This document shows, in pieces, positions 46,890 to 56,730 of a DNA stretch of 64,000 bases. The stretch is from Promethearchaeota archaeon. GTDB lineage: Archaea > Asgardarchaeota > Lokiarchaeia > Sigyniarchaeales > SOKP01. The stretch covers positions 17,441 to 81,440 of the forward strand of contig JAEOTA010000085.1 in NCBI GenBank assembly GCA_016840085.1, read 5' to 3'. The notes under the pieces were generated by a model. The model was not told the origin of the DNA, made no database searches, and worked only from the letters and a program-made list of their open reading frames with translations. A program made the translations under genes and the position numbers. How positions within the stretch are numbered: the first letter of the stretch is position 1; every line of letters begins with the position of its first letter.

Positions 46890-47019
46890 GTATTTTTATA
46901 CCTCCTAACTTTAAGAAAAATAAAATAATTAGTATTCCCAAAATAACATCTATACTAATAATAAGATGAAAGTATCCAAATCCATAATATCCATAAAATG
47001 GTTTTTCTGATTTATTCAT
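46873..47019 (-). CDS. Small hydrophobic protein (48 aa), not in ORF track
   Basis: MNKSEKPFYGYYGFGYFHLIISIDVILGILIILFFLKLGGIKILVRSF*. GAGGT lies 2 nt upstream of the ATG. Immediately downstream of PadR. Confidence 0.35.
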   Translation of the reverse strand: MNKSEKPFYGYYGFGYFHLIISIDVILGILIILFFLKLGGIKILVRSF

Positions 47020-47030
47020 AACCTCATGCC

Positions 47031-47594
47031 TTATAAAAAATCTTCAATGACTTTTCGATTTTCCACTTCTTCCTTAAGCTCTTGAAGCCATTTCAATTCT
47101 GCTTCCCAATGAGCATAGTGATGTTTAATAATATAAATTGCAAAAAAGGGGATTTTTCTCTTTAATGTATCTATAAGACCTTTATGTTCCTTATTTTTTT
47201 TTTGAATATACTGAATTCGTTTATCAATGGCTTCAATAATTTCACTCTTAGATAAAATGGGCATGAATAATAACCCTACATCAAGAGGATATCGTATTGG
47301 CTGGATTTCGAAAAAATTTTTTCGAATCATTACAATTAATTCTGTTTTTCCCTTCTCTGTTATATGATATAATGTTCTTTCTGGACGTTCACTATCTTTT
47401 TCCTTTCTACTACTTAATAAACCTTCTTTTTCCATTTTTTCTAAATTGTAGTAGAGAGATCCATAAGAGATTTCCGTAAATTCGCCAATAGCCCATTGAT
47501 TTATCACTTTTTTAATCTCATATCCATGAATGGGTTTAGGAAATTCAAATAAAATCCCTAATAAAATCAATTTTGTAAGATTTTGAATTGCCAT
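47031..47594 (-). CDS. PadR-family transcriptional regulator
   Basis: Winged helix PIHGYEIKKVI...SYGSLYYNLEKMEKEGLL plus a C-terminal helical domain. Confidence 0.85.
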   Translation of the reverse strand: MAIQNLTKLILLGILFEFPKPIHGYEIKKVINQWAIGEFTEISYGSLYYNLEKMEKEGLLSSRKEKDSERPERTLYHITEKGKTELIVMIRKNFFEIQPIRYPLDVGLLFMPILSKSEIIEAIDKRIQYIQKKNKEHKGLIDTLKRKIPFFAIYIIKHHYAHWEAELKWLQELKEEVENRKVIEDFL

Positions 47595-47607
47595 TATTTT
47601 ATTTTAG

Positions 47608-47621
47608 ATAGAATATTCTAT
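47608..47621. promoter_or_regulatory. Perfect 14-bp palindrome ATAGAATATTCTAT, candidate PadR operator
   Basis: Lies 14 nt upstream of the PadR start codon. Confidence 0.35.
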
Positions 47622-47795
47622 ATAGACTATATCTTTTATTTAATTTAAAAATTTCTTTAAATTGCTTTTGACCTTTTAATAGAGTTAAATATGAATTCCT
47701 CTAAAGAGTTGCAAGATTTGAACCGTTACCATTATGAATTAAAAAAAGTGGATTTCGATCTTACTTTTCATACAGGATTATTAAATGATTAAAAG

Positions 47796-48272
47796 TTAAA
47801 ACCTTTTTTCAAGCACGATAATGATTGGTTGAAATCCTGCTTTAGCAAAAACATCAAGTAATTTTTTATCTGTTTTATACGCAAGATTTATTCGAAGGGA
47901 GTCGCACCCCCATGACTCTAAAATTTGAGTAGCTTTATCCGCTAAGAGTTTTCCCACACCCTTACCAATAAATTCTTTTTTAGTGGCCCAATTATCAAGA
48001 TATCCGATATATCGCCCAAGAGTATTCTTCACAGCTTCAATCATTCCCATACTTACCACTTGACCGGTAGATTTTAATTCTGCGATTAAGGTTATTCTTT
48101 TTAAATTGGGTTTAAATTGCCGAAGCCCACTAGACTCTCTCCATTGTTTTTCATCAAAACCAATATCAAATAATTCATTAAGTTCTTTTAAAATTGCTAA
48201 AGTCGCCTGATAATCTGAAGTACGATAATTTCTAATTACAATATCTTCTTGTTTAATTTCTTCCTCTAACAT
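47796..48272 (-). CDS. GNAT-family N-acetyltransferase
   Basis: Motif A KKEFIGKGVGKLLADKATQILESWG. Confidence 0.8.
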   Translation of the reverse strand: MLEEEIKQEDIVIRNYRTSDYQATLAILKELNELFDIGFDEKQWRESSGLRQFKPNLKRITLIAELKSTGQVVSMGMIEAVKNTLGRYIGYLDNWATKKEFIGKGVGKLLADKATQILESWGCDSLRINLAYKTDKKLLDVFAKAGFQPIIIVLEKRF

Positions 48273-48285
48273 TTTTATACAACAA

Positions 48286-49344
48286 TTAACTTGTAATTTT
48301 TTTTATTAATTTTAAATCAATTCTTTGTGTAAGAATTTTTTCTCTATCTCCCCCATCATCTAATTGACGAATAGAGAATAAATATTCGTCAATATGAGGA
48401 ACAATTGGGGAGATAAATAAAAGTTCCTCGTGGGGAAACCATATATCAACTTGTTGGGTCATTACTTCTTTCTCAAAAAATTCTTTAACATGAGTAATTG
48501 TAATAGAGATATTGTTCAATTCCTCATCTGTATTATTTTGGACAGTTATTTCTATTTCTTGACTATTTTCAATAAAATAAATATTGTTAATTGATAGTGG
48601 AGTCGTGGTAGAAAGATCTACAGCAACCTGTTGTTTAGGATCAAATAAATCTACATTATAAAAAGTATTTTCCCCTTTAAGACTACTTAGAGGAGAAAAC
48701 TCAAATCCTCTTATAGAGAAATAAGAAATAGCTTTTTGTGCTTTAAGAGAAGGAGCGTCTGATTTTTTTTCTATAACTTTTGAGAAATAATCTTTAATAG
48801 TATTATCAATTAATTCTCTCAAAAATAATTTTATTTTATTTCCTTCAGATATTAACTCTTGTATTTTAGGTGTTTTAATAACATTTTCAGATGCAATTTC
48901 ACTTACAATAACTTCAGATAATTGATCTTCAAATTTAGCTCGTATATTATTAGTTAGAATACGTATCAAATCATCCCCAAAAATATCTATCTCAATAGGT
49001 AAAGATACTATAAGTACTATAGTTTCAGGAGTTTCTTCTTTAAGTCCTGCTCTCCTCTTTTTCCTTTCTGATTTTGCTAAGAATTTTTTACCAAAAAAGG
49101 TGTAACCCTTATATTCTAAATCAATATGGTCTAAATCATCAGTTTCTAAAAACCACACAGGATGATAATGGATCGGACGCATATATTTTTTATTACTTCT
49201 GAGTCTATCATCAGGATACATTAACAGTGGAATTTGCCCCTTTTTTTCATCAAAATACAACACATATACAACGCATAAATCTTCATTAGGGTTTTTTTCC
49301 ACTGATGCGTTGTTAAATACGTCTGCCACTTGAAACCATTCCAA
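48286..49344 (-). CDS. Hypothetical protein, possible N-terminal longin/uDENN-like module and C-terminal beta-rich domain
   Basis: CVVYVLYFDEKKGQIPLLMYPDD, IDLEYKGYTFFGKKF and ETIVLIVSLPIEIDIFGDDLIRILTNNI resemble the FLCN/SMCR8/DENN longin pattern. Weak, judged by eye. Confidence 0.5.
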   Translation of the reverse strand: MEWFQVADVFNNASVEKNPNEDLCVVYVLYFDEKKGQIPLLMYPDDRLRSNKKYMRPIHYHPVWFLETDDLDHIDLEYKGYTFFGKKFLAKSERKKRRAGLKEETPETIVLIVSLPIEIDIFGDDLIRILTNNIRAKFEDQLSEVIVSEIASENVIKTPKIQELISEGNKIKLFLRELIDNTIKDYFSKVIEKKSDAPSLKAQKAISYFSIRGFEFSPLSSLKGENTFYNVDLFDPKQQVAVDLSTTTPLSINNIYFIENSQEIEITVQNNTDEELNNISITITHVKEFFEKEVMTQQVDIWFPHEELLFISPIVPHIDEYLFSIRQLDDGGDREKILTQRIDLKLIKKITS

Positions 49345-49449
49345 GAAGTAATTTTAAAAATACAAATGATTCTTTTTTCAAAAGAATTAAATAATCCTTA
49401 TTCTAAAAATTTAACTATAAAAAAATTAAAATAAATAGTAAAATTCTGT

Positions 49450-50547
49450 TTGTTGATGTGTAAAATGGAAATTACAGATATTAAAACATATTTATTATCG
49501 CTCGATTTTAAATTTCGCATTGGAGCAATGCCTCCCTTAGAAGCTACAGGGTTATATATTAATATCAAAACTGATGAAAATATAGAAGGATGGGGCCTTT
49601 CACACTGGAATTTAAGCAATAAGGCACAAAAAGTATTTATTGATGAGGTGTTTAGGCGGTTATTAGTAAAAAAAGATCCATTTATGGTTGAAGAAATTTA
49701 TCATACTCTCTATCATTCATCAAATCGAATAATGTTTGGGATACCGCAAGCTACGTCTGCTGTATTGGTAGCATGTTGGGATATTATTGGAAAAGCTTGT
49801 AATCAACCTATCTATAAATTACTTGGAGGAATGAAAAAGAAAATAAGAGTGTACGCATCTATGCCAAGAGGATACAAACCCAAAGCTGCGGTTGGTGCTG
49901 TACAATCTGCTATAGATCTTGGAGGATATAAAGGTGTTAAGCTAAGAATTGGAGGGCGGGGTGGGAAACCAGAAGCTATTATAAGAGAAGTAAGAGATGT
50001 ATTTCCAGATTTAAATATTATGGTTGATGCAAATTCTACATATGAATCTGTCAATGAAGCTCTAAAGATAGCTAAGTTTTGTGCAAAACATGAACTCACT
50101 TGGCTTGAAGAACCTATGCCTTCTGATAACCTAAATGGTTTAGCTAAATTAAAAACTCTTTCTCCAATTGAAATTGCTGGTGGTGAAAACGATATGGGAA
50201 TATTTAGATTCGAGGATATTCTTAGTAAAGAATGCTACGACATAATACAACCAGATGTGAATAGGAGTGGTGGATTTTTACAATTAAAAAAGATTGATGC
50301 TATGGCAGAAGTTAAAGGAGTAAAATGCATACCCCATGTTTTTGGCTTAGGACATCAAGTTGCTGCAAATATGCATTTTGTGATGTCTACTAGATGTGAT
50401 TGGCTAGAATTTCCTTTTTGGCCGGAACAATATCAAATTTTAGAAGAACCTATTAAAATTGAAAAGGGTTTTGTGAAGGCAATAGATAAACCTGGTTTAG
50501 GAGTAGAAATTAATAAAGAAATGTTTGAAGAACACATAGTAAAATAA
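49450..50547 (+). CDS. Enolase-superfamily enzyme (mandelate racemase/muconate lactonizing/acid-sugar dehydratase-like)
   Basis: Metal ligands in MVDANSTY, WLEEP and IAGGEN. Likely start at ATG 49465. Confidence 0.85.
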   Translation: MLMCKMEITDIKTYLLSLDFKFRIGAMPPLEATGLYINIKTDENIEGWGLSHWNLSNKAQKVFIDEVFRRLLVKKDPFMVEEIYHTLYHSSNRIMFGIPQATSAVLVACWDIIGKACNQPIYKLLGGMKKKIRVYASMPRGYKPKAAVGAVQSAIDLGGYKGVKLRIGGRGGKPEAIIREVRDVFPDLNIMVDANSTYESVNEALKIAKFCAKHELTWLEEPMPSDNLNGLAKLKTLSPIEIAGGENDMGIFRFEDILSKECYDIIQPDVNRSGGFLQLKKIDAMAEVKGVKCIPHVFGLGHQVAANMHFVMSTRCDWLEFPFWPEQYQILEEPIKIEKGFVKAIDKPGLGVEINKEMFEEHIVK

Positions 50548-50551
50548 AAGA

Positions 50552-51916
50552 CTATTCTTTCCTATCTAATTCTTCTCTTCTTTTTAATAACAAATTTCTA
50601 CATTGTGCAGATTCTTTTGAATAATAGAAATAAGGTAATAACCAAAAGAAACCTCCAAATAAGTAAATGATCAGCACTAAAGAAATAGCAAAGGGCAATA
50701 AAGATATATTTTTTTCTATCAAAAAAGACAATAATAAATTACCAAAAATCCCTCCAATATTTACCATTAAACCATTCATAGCATTAGCAGTACTTCTTGC
50801 CTCAGGTGGGCATACATCAGCGTATATCGCGAATTGGTTACCCATTGGGAATGCAGCAAAAAAGAATCCTAGATACCCCAACATTAAGAAAAAAATCCAA
50901 GAAAAGATCACTTCCAAGAGAGTTGCAGCAAAAAAAGGAATTAAATAGAATGCTATCAACAATAAGACTCCAATAATTAGACCTAAAAATGAGATAATTA
51001 CTCGTCCATTTATTTTTTCTTTATGTACATAAGAATCTCCTAATTTTCCCCCTATAATTGATCCTAAAAGTGCACCACTACCTGATAGGATATAAAGAGT
51101 GGTAGCAATTAATTCGGCATCAGTTCCGTTAATTTTTGAACTTAAATAAAAAATAGCCCAGATTGCAAGTGTAGCATTAGCTATACCCGCAAAAAGTACT
51201 GAAATTAAAATACCTAATACTGATTTTGTCTTAAATAATTGTTTAAGGTTATTAAAAGTTAATTTATAATTATAATTGATTTCTCCTTTAAAATTCTCGA
51301 ATTCTGGCTCAGTTCGACCTATTTCCGGTTCTATGCCAATATATATATATGATAATAAGGCTAAAAATCCTAAAACAAATCCTAAACCATAAGAATATCT
51401 CCATCCTGATGGTCCTGCGTAATTTCCCAAAATACCTCCAAATATAATTCCCATTCCAGATCCTAATATCATACCAAACTGCATTCCACCAAATCTTTTA
51501 CCTCTTTCTTTTGGGGGGTAAAAATCTCCTATCATTGCAAATCCAAGTGGCATAAATGCTCCTATACCAATTGCACTCATAGCGATAAAGAGTAAATAAT
51601 AGGAGAAGTTTAAGGATAATGAGGCTAATCCAAATGAAATAATCCAAACAAGATTAATATATGCAAATACTTTTTTTCTCGAAAATTTTTCAGCTATTTT
51701 ATCACCATAATATCCAAAAATTAATATGCTAAAAATTCCAATAACTAAATAAATTGCTGTTAATACTCCAATTCCGAATTTTGTGGTGTTAGGAAGATTT
51801 AGTAGTAAATTATCTATATTTACAGGTAAAATTCCAGTACAAAAATATATCATAAAATAAAGAAGAAATAAGGAAAAGTATGTTTTTTTTCTTTTTATTT
51901 GGTATATTTCATCCAT
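50552..51916 (-). CDS. MFS transporter
   Basis: 454 aa, about 12 TM helices. GDKIAEKFSRKK loop between TM2 and TM3. Confidence 0.8.
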   Translation of the reverse strand: MDEIYQIKRKKTYFSLFLLYFMIYFCTGILPVNIDNLLLNLPNTTKFGIGVLTAIYLVIGIFSILIFGYYGDKIAEKFSRKKVFAYINLVWIISFGLASLSLNFSYYLLFIAMSAIGIGAFMPLGFAMIGDFYPPKERGKRFGGMQFGMILGSGMGIIFGGILGNYAGPSGWRYSYGLGFVLGFLALLSYIYIGIEPEIGRTEPEFENFKGEINYNYKLTFNNLKQLFKTKSVLGILISVLFAGIANATLAIWAIFYLSSKINGTDAELIATTLYILSGSGALLGSIIGGKLGDSYVHKEKINGRVIISFLGLIIGVLLLIAFYLIPFFAATLLEVIFSWIFFLMLGYLGFFFAAFPMGNQFAIYADVCPPEARSTANAMNGLMVNIGGIFGNLLLSFLIEKNISLLPFAISLVLIIYLFGGFFWLLPYFYYSKESAQCRNLLLKRREELDRKE

Positions 51917-52066
51917 TTTTTGAGTCAGTCTTTTCTACTTATTTTAAGTGATTTGGTTAGGATCTTTCGAATAATATTATTTGAATTTCATTTTATTTAT
52001 AATAATGTTTATTTTCATTACAAAAAGATGAGTCTAATATTAGAAAAAGAACGAAATTGATATTTA

Positions 52067-52501
52067 TTATAAGTCTATTTTTGTGAACTTTCCTATATCT
52101 TTATTAAGTGTTTTCAAAATTTTCTCTTCTAATTCTTCTGGTATATTTCTGAATGAAAAGTTTTCTAATTCTGGTAAAAGATTTTGAATCGTTAACCTAG
52201 TAATATGATCTAAATGATCACATAAGGCAAATAATTGAAAATGAATTGAATTTTCTACTAATACAGCACCTCTGCTTACAGTGAAATAGTTTACTTGCTG
52301 TTGAAACGTATTTTTCTTGATATTATTCCAAAGATCACGAAATCCTAGTAAATAATGAGTATCTTTAGCAGTACTTCTCTTTTCATTTTGTAGACATAAT
52401 TCCCAAGCAGAATCTTGGGTCCCTATGCAGATTGTATAAACAACACTTTTTTTTTTTAGTTTGGTTTCCTCTGATTTTCTAAATGTTAATCTTTGGAACA
52501 T
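52067..52501 (-). CDS. Hypothetical protein
   Basis: 144 aa, no motif recognised. Last gene of the ADH/sulfatase/HD operon. Confidence 0.45.
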   Translation of the reverse strand: MFQRLTFRKSEETKLKKKSVVYTICIGTQDSAWELCLQNEKRSTAKDTHYLLGFRDLWNNIKKNTFQQQVNYFTVSRGAVLVENSIHFQLFALCDHLDHITRLTIQNLLPELENFSFRNIPEELEEKILKTLNKDIGKFTKIDL

Positions 52502-52611
52502 TCTTCGTAAGATGGCACCAGCAGAGTCATCTATAATGTCGTGTTGAGAAGATGTAAAGCCAGTAATTAATATTTTAACTTTTTTTTATTTTTGATAAGG
52601 GATAATATTTT

Positions 52612-53892
52612 TTAATTAAAAATTGAATCGAAATCTAAGTATAGATTGAATTCCTTCTTATTAATGTCAAAATCCTGAAAAGAATTTTTTATTATATAAT
52701 TTATAGAATTATAGTTTAATTCTTTTTTAAATTTTCTATCCCACTTCCACCAATTTGGTAAACCTATGAAATTTACATTCCATAAAGATTCTTTATCTTT
52801 AATAGATCTTTTAGCTATTTCTTTTGAAAGCAAAATCCAGAATATTATAAGGTTATTTGAGATTTTCTCATCTTCCCTCATAGGTCCTCTATAAAATTTA
52901 CCTAATGCTAACAACATTAAGATACCCAAACCATACTTTATTTGAATTTTCCACGTATTCATTAAATAATTGTTCTTTAAAACATTCCAATCTAAATCCT
53001 CTGTCATTCCCTCTATTGGCTCATGTGTACTTTCTATTATTTTTTCGATGAAAAAATCCTTAGTTAAATAAAGTTGGGTGTCAATGAATTGAAAAATCCT
53101 AAGAGCCCCTGCGATTCTCCATTCTATCCATTCGTGGGAATATTCTATTGCTTTTTTTAAAATCAAATTCTTATCTGGCCAAAAACCTAAAAGTGACTTT
53201 AGTTTATAATTAACCTCATCATAAAATTTTAAATAGTGATCATAAATTACAGCATAGGAATAACCTAAAATATCAATATATGTAAAAATCTCTAACAAGT
53301 CTATGAAAATATTACGAGATTTCTCATTAGAAAGTAATTTGAAAAATTCGTTATCATTTATTAAAGAATATATTCCATAAAAAGTAGATTCACCTGTGTA
53401 AATAGTAGCAAAAAGTAAATGGTATTGAATAATTTTACTTATAAGGAGTTTATCTAAATCTGAAATATCATAAGGTGCAAGTAATTCTCTATCATTAATT
53501 AATAAATAACTTTGATAAGGATGATTTTCCTTATCATAAAACCTTCCGATGTCATGATACATTAAGATAAGAGGTAAAATCAATTCATTTTCTATAGCTT
53601 GATCATTTACTTTTTTACTAATAGTCTGTAGAGAACTCATTGATAATGTATTATGAACAAATTTATTATTCTTTAGAAGAAAATAAATTTTAAATGATCT
53701 AAATATATGCCTTAAAGTCCTTAAAAACTCAAATTTATCCTCATGCCATCCTTCTTCAAAAATTTCGTGCAAGTTGGGGAAAAGTAACAGAAGTTCATGA
53801 TAATACCTGCTATTGGTTATTTCATTTGAATTATCAATCCATTCAAGATCAATTGTAGAAATAAGATTTTCAAGACATTCAGTTATTTTCAT
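52612..53892 (-). CDS. HD-domain (metal-dependent phosphohydrolase-like) protein
   Basis: LILMYHDIGRFYD HD signature. Its start overlaps the sulfatase 3' end by 14 nt. Confidence 0.6.
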   Translation of the reverse strand: MKITECLENLISTIDLEWIDNSNEITNSRYYHELLLLFPNLHEIFEEGWHEDKFEFLRTLRHIFRSFKIYFLLKNNKFVHNTLSMSSLQTISKKVNDQAIENELILPLILMYHDIGRFYDKENHPYQSYLLINDRELLAPYDISDLDKLLISKIIQYHLLFATIYTGESTFYGIYSLINDNEFFKLLSNEKSRNIFIDLLEIFTYIDILGYSYAVIYDHYLKFYDEVNYKLKSLLGFWPDKNLILKKAIEYSHEWIEWRIAGALRIFQFIDTQLYLTKDFFIEKIIESTHEPIEGMTEDLDWNVLKNNYLMNTWKIQIKYGLGILMLLALGKFYRGPMREDEKISNNLIIFWILLSKEIAKRSIKDKESLWNVNFIGLPNWWKWDRKFKKELNYNSINYIIKNSFQDFDINKKEFNLYLDFDSIFN

Positions 53893-55189
53893 TTTTTTTA
53901 TACCTTACTCCATTTTGAGGTTCAATTGTGCCTTTTAAAAGGGGATCATTAGTTTTCAACATCCAATTAAGTAATTTTTGCCTTAATTCCAGTACAATCT
54001 TTTGATAATTTGAGTTATTAACTAAGTTTTCTTGTTCGTTTGGATCATTTTCAAGATCATAGAGTTCTTCTTCACTTCTTGGCTTTTTGATCTTATCTAT
54101 TAAAAATTTTCCTGAAAGCCCTCTTTGAATATCAAGCGGCATTTGATATAACGTATCTGAACTTGTAAAATTTCTAATGTACTTATATTTTTCAGTTCTT
54201 ATACTTCGCATTGGGTCATAAATTTCATGAAAAGTTTTTTCTGTATAAATTTCTTTTCTGAAATTTCCAAATTTATTTTCTAGTACTGGTAAAAAAGAAA
54301 TCCCCTCAATATTTCTCGGTTTTTTAGCTCCAACAAGATCCAATAATGTTGGTAAGAGATCAATATTACTTATCATATAATCAATTGATTTTCCCCCACT
54401 AACAAAATCTAACTCTGGACAATTCATAATGAGAGCAATTTTAATTCCTGGATCATATAATGTGCATTTAGCTTTTGGAAATGGGCTCCCATGATCGGTC
54501 GTATATATAAATAAAGTATTTTTTCGCAACCCTACTTTTTGTAAGCAATTAATTATAGTCCCAATTGCTAAATCAACATTATTGATAACTCCATAAAAAA
54601 GTCCAATATCTTCTCTCACCATTTCATCGTCAGGTAAAAATTGCGGAACACTAACAAATTTTGGATCAACAGGATCACTCCATATGACAAATGGACGGTG
54701 ATTTTCAATTGTCCCTATATTTACAAAAAAAGGGTTATCTTCATTTTCTCGTTCTTCGAAGAATTTAAGATATTCATCTTCCATTCTTTTGGTAGAATAC
54801 TTATAATCCTTAACTCTTTTACTAACATAATCATACCCCAATGTTGAAGCATCTTTACTCTCATGTTGTAATCCAAGAAGATACGTATTATAACCATTTT
54901 CTCGTAAATACATTGGCAATGTTTTATTGTTTTCAGGTAAAGTCCATCCGAGATTGACAAGTCCCATTAAACCATTTTGATGGGGATATAAGGATGTCAT
55001 TAAGCTTCCTCTGCTTGGACTACATTGAGGAGCAGTACAAAAATAATTTGTAAACCGTACTCCATTTTCAGCAAGTCTGTCTATATTGGGAGTATAAAGT
55101 GATTTTGTGGTCTGAGGAGTCTCATAACATCCTAAAAATTGGCCTTGATCATGTGTTATGAATAAAATTATGTTTGGTTTTTCTTTCAA
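53879..55189 (-). CDS. Cys-type sulfatase (arylsulfatase family), no signal peptide
   Basis: PNIILFITHDQG and the formylglycine motif CTAPQCSPSRGSLMTS. Confidence 0.85.
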   Translation of the reverse strand: MKEKPNIILFITHDQGQFLGCYETPQTTKSLYTPNIDRLAENGVRFTNYFCTAPQCSPSRGSLMTSLYPHQNGLMGLVNLGWTLPENNKTLPMYLRENGYNTYLLGLQHESKDASTLGYDYVSKRVKDYKYSTKRMEDEYLKFFEERENEDNPFFVNIGTIENHRPFVIWSDPVDPKFVSVPQFLPDDEMVREDIGLFYGVINNVDLAIGTIINCLQKVGLRKNTLFIYTTDHGSPFPKAKCTLYDPGIKIALIMNCPELDFVSGGKSIDYMISNIDLLPTLLDLVGAKKPRNIEGISFLPVLENKFGNFRKEIYTEKTFHEIYDPMRSIRTEKYKYIRNFTSSDTLYQMPLDIQRGLSGKFLIDKIKKPRSEEELYDLENDPNEQENLVNNSNYQKIVLELRQKLLNWMLKTNDPLLKGTIEPQNGVRYKKNENN

Positions 55190-55223
55190 GATATTTCAAA
55201 TAATAAAAAATTGTTTAAAAATT

Positions 55224-56201
55224 CTATTTTAATTCAATCAGAATCTTGATAAAATCTCTTTCACCAGGCTTTAAAAATGATTCAAAAGTTTCTTGAACAT
55301 CCTTTAAAGGTATAACTTTGGAGATAAATTTTGCTGCATCAATTTTGTTTTGACCAAATAGTTCAATTGTAGAAAGGATGTCATTACGATCATGTCCTAG
55401 GCACCCTTTTAAGCAAATTTCTTTATTAATGATTTGAAATGTAGGAATAGACATACCTTTTTGAATTCCTTCCAATAATAATGTTCCACCTCTTTGAATT
55501 AAATCAATTGCCATCCTTAAAGTGTCTTCACTTCCTACACAATCAAAAACAATAGAAGGTTGCCCATGTGTCTTTACAAATTTCTTTATTTTAGCTTTAC
55601 TTGGGGGAAAAGCATCAATCGCACCAAATTCCTTTGCTTTTTTCCTTAAAAATTCATGAGGTTCTATCACAATTACATATTCAGGACTTTTTTCACTTAA
55701 CAAAGTGACTAGAAAAGCTAATCCAATATTTCCTCCTCCAATGACCATGATCCTCTGGTTATTTTCTATCTTTGACATTCTTATAGCTCTTATTATATTA
55801 GCAAATGATTCAATCATAACAGCTTCTTTTATAGAAATCGATTTGGGGGGATAAAATATATTACTCCTTCGCACTTTCACATACTCTGCAAATCCACCAT
55901 TTTCAAATATTCCTAATCCTTTTAATTCTCCCATAACATATTGCGAAACATTCATAGCAATTACTTTATCACCAACATTAACATCTTTAATATTCTCACC
56001 TATTTCTACTATCTCTCCAGAAATCTCATGCCCCATTACTAAGGGAACTTGATACATCTTATATTTAAAATTGGTAACATCGCTTCCACATATTCCACAG
56101 AAATGTACTCTAACCAGAACATCGTCCGGACCAGGAACTGGTTTAGGATAATCTTCCTTATACACTATTTTTTGAATATCTTCAAAAACCGCTGCTTTCA
56201 C
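55224..56201 (-). CDS. Zinc-dependent medium-chain alcohol/polyol dehydrogenase
   Basis: CGICGSD, GHEISGEIVEIG, Rossmann VIGGGNIGL. Confidence 0.85.
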   Translation of the reverse strand: MKAAVFEDIQKIVYKEDYPKPVPGPDDVLVRVHFCGICGSDVTNFKYKMYQVPLVMGHEISGEIVEIGENIKDVNVGDKVIAMNVSQYVMGELKGLGIFENGGFAEYVKVRRSNIFYPPKSISIKEAVMIESFANIIRAIRMSKIENNQRIMVIGGGNIGLAFLVTLLSEKSPEYVIVIEPHEFLRKKAKEFGAIDAFPPSKAKIKKFVKTHGQPSIVFDCVGSEDTLRMAIDLIQRGGTLLLEGIQKGMSIPTFQIINKEICLKGCLGHDRNDILSTIELFGQNKIDAAKFISKVIPLKDVQETFESFLKPGERDFIKILIELK

Positions 56202-56351
56202 AATATTTTGAACTTTTAAATTTGATTTCTATTAAACCAAAAAAATCAATTAATAATTTCTCATAAAAATATATAATACTTATTTTATAGTGATTTATAT
56301 AAAATTAGATTTATGATGAATATTAGAAAAAGAAAATTTATTTAGAGCATT

Positions 56352-56594
56352 ATGAAGCCTCCTATATATTGCATATGTGATGAAAAATTAAAAGATATGA
56401 ATGACGGTGGTTTGATAGATTTTAAGAAACGGCTTTCTGATATTGAATGGGAAAAACATATGGAAAAAATTAAAGGTGTTGGACATCCTCCATATGCGGA
56501 ATGGTTCTGTAAAAAACATTATGATAAAGCAAGTGAATTAAAACACTTACCTATTGACAAAGCTTTAAAAATTTTAATGTCTGAAGGAACTTAA
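56352..56594 (+). CDS. Small Cys/His-containing hypothetical protein
   Basis: 80 aa. YCIC...WFCKKHY motif similar to the 2910..3140 ORF. The last 7 codons lie inside the mvhD-remnant repeat. Confidence 0.4.
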   Translation: MKPPIYCICDEKLKDMNDGGLIDFKKRLSDIEWEKHMEKIKGVGHPPYAEWFCKKHYDKASELKHLPIDKALKILMSEGT

Positions 56595-56669
56595 TTCTTT
56601 AATTTGGTTAGTAAACTCTGTAATTATCTCAGCAAATCTCTTCCCTTCAGATCCGCTAATTCATTCTAA
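56574..56669 (-). pseudogene. Remnant copy of the mvhD 3' end with an in-frame TGA
   Basis: Reverse translation gives [30 protein letters not shown]. Intact mvhD has [31 protein letters not shown]. 95-bp direct repeat with 57588..57682, offset 1013 bp. Confidence 0.75.
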
Positions 56670-56730
56670 TTATATTTACTTAATTAATATAAATTTAGTA
56701 ATATCCAGTATCTCCATCACTATTATAATT

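Noticed and set aside
52502-52585. 28-codon open extension upstream of ORF 52067..52501 (KKVKILITGFTSSQHDIIDDSAGAILRR), considered as a degenerate P-loop N-terminus
   Set aside because: An open stretch of that length is not statistically unusual, it has no start codon or SD, and the GxxxxGK motif is absent.
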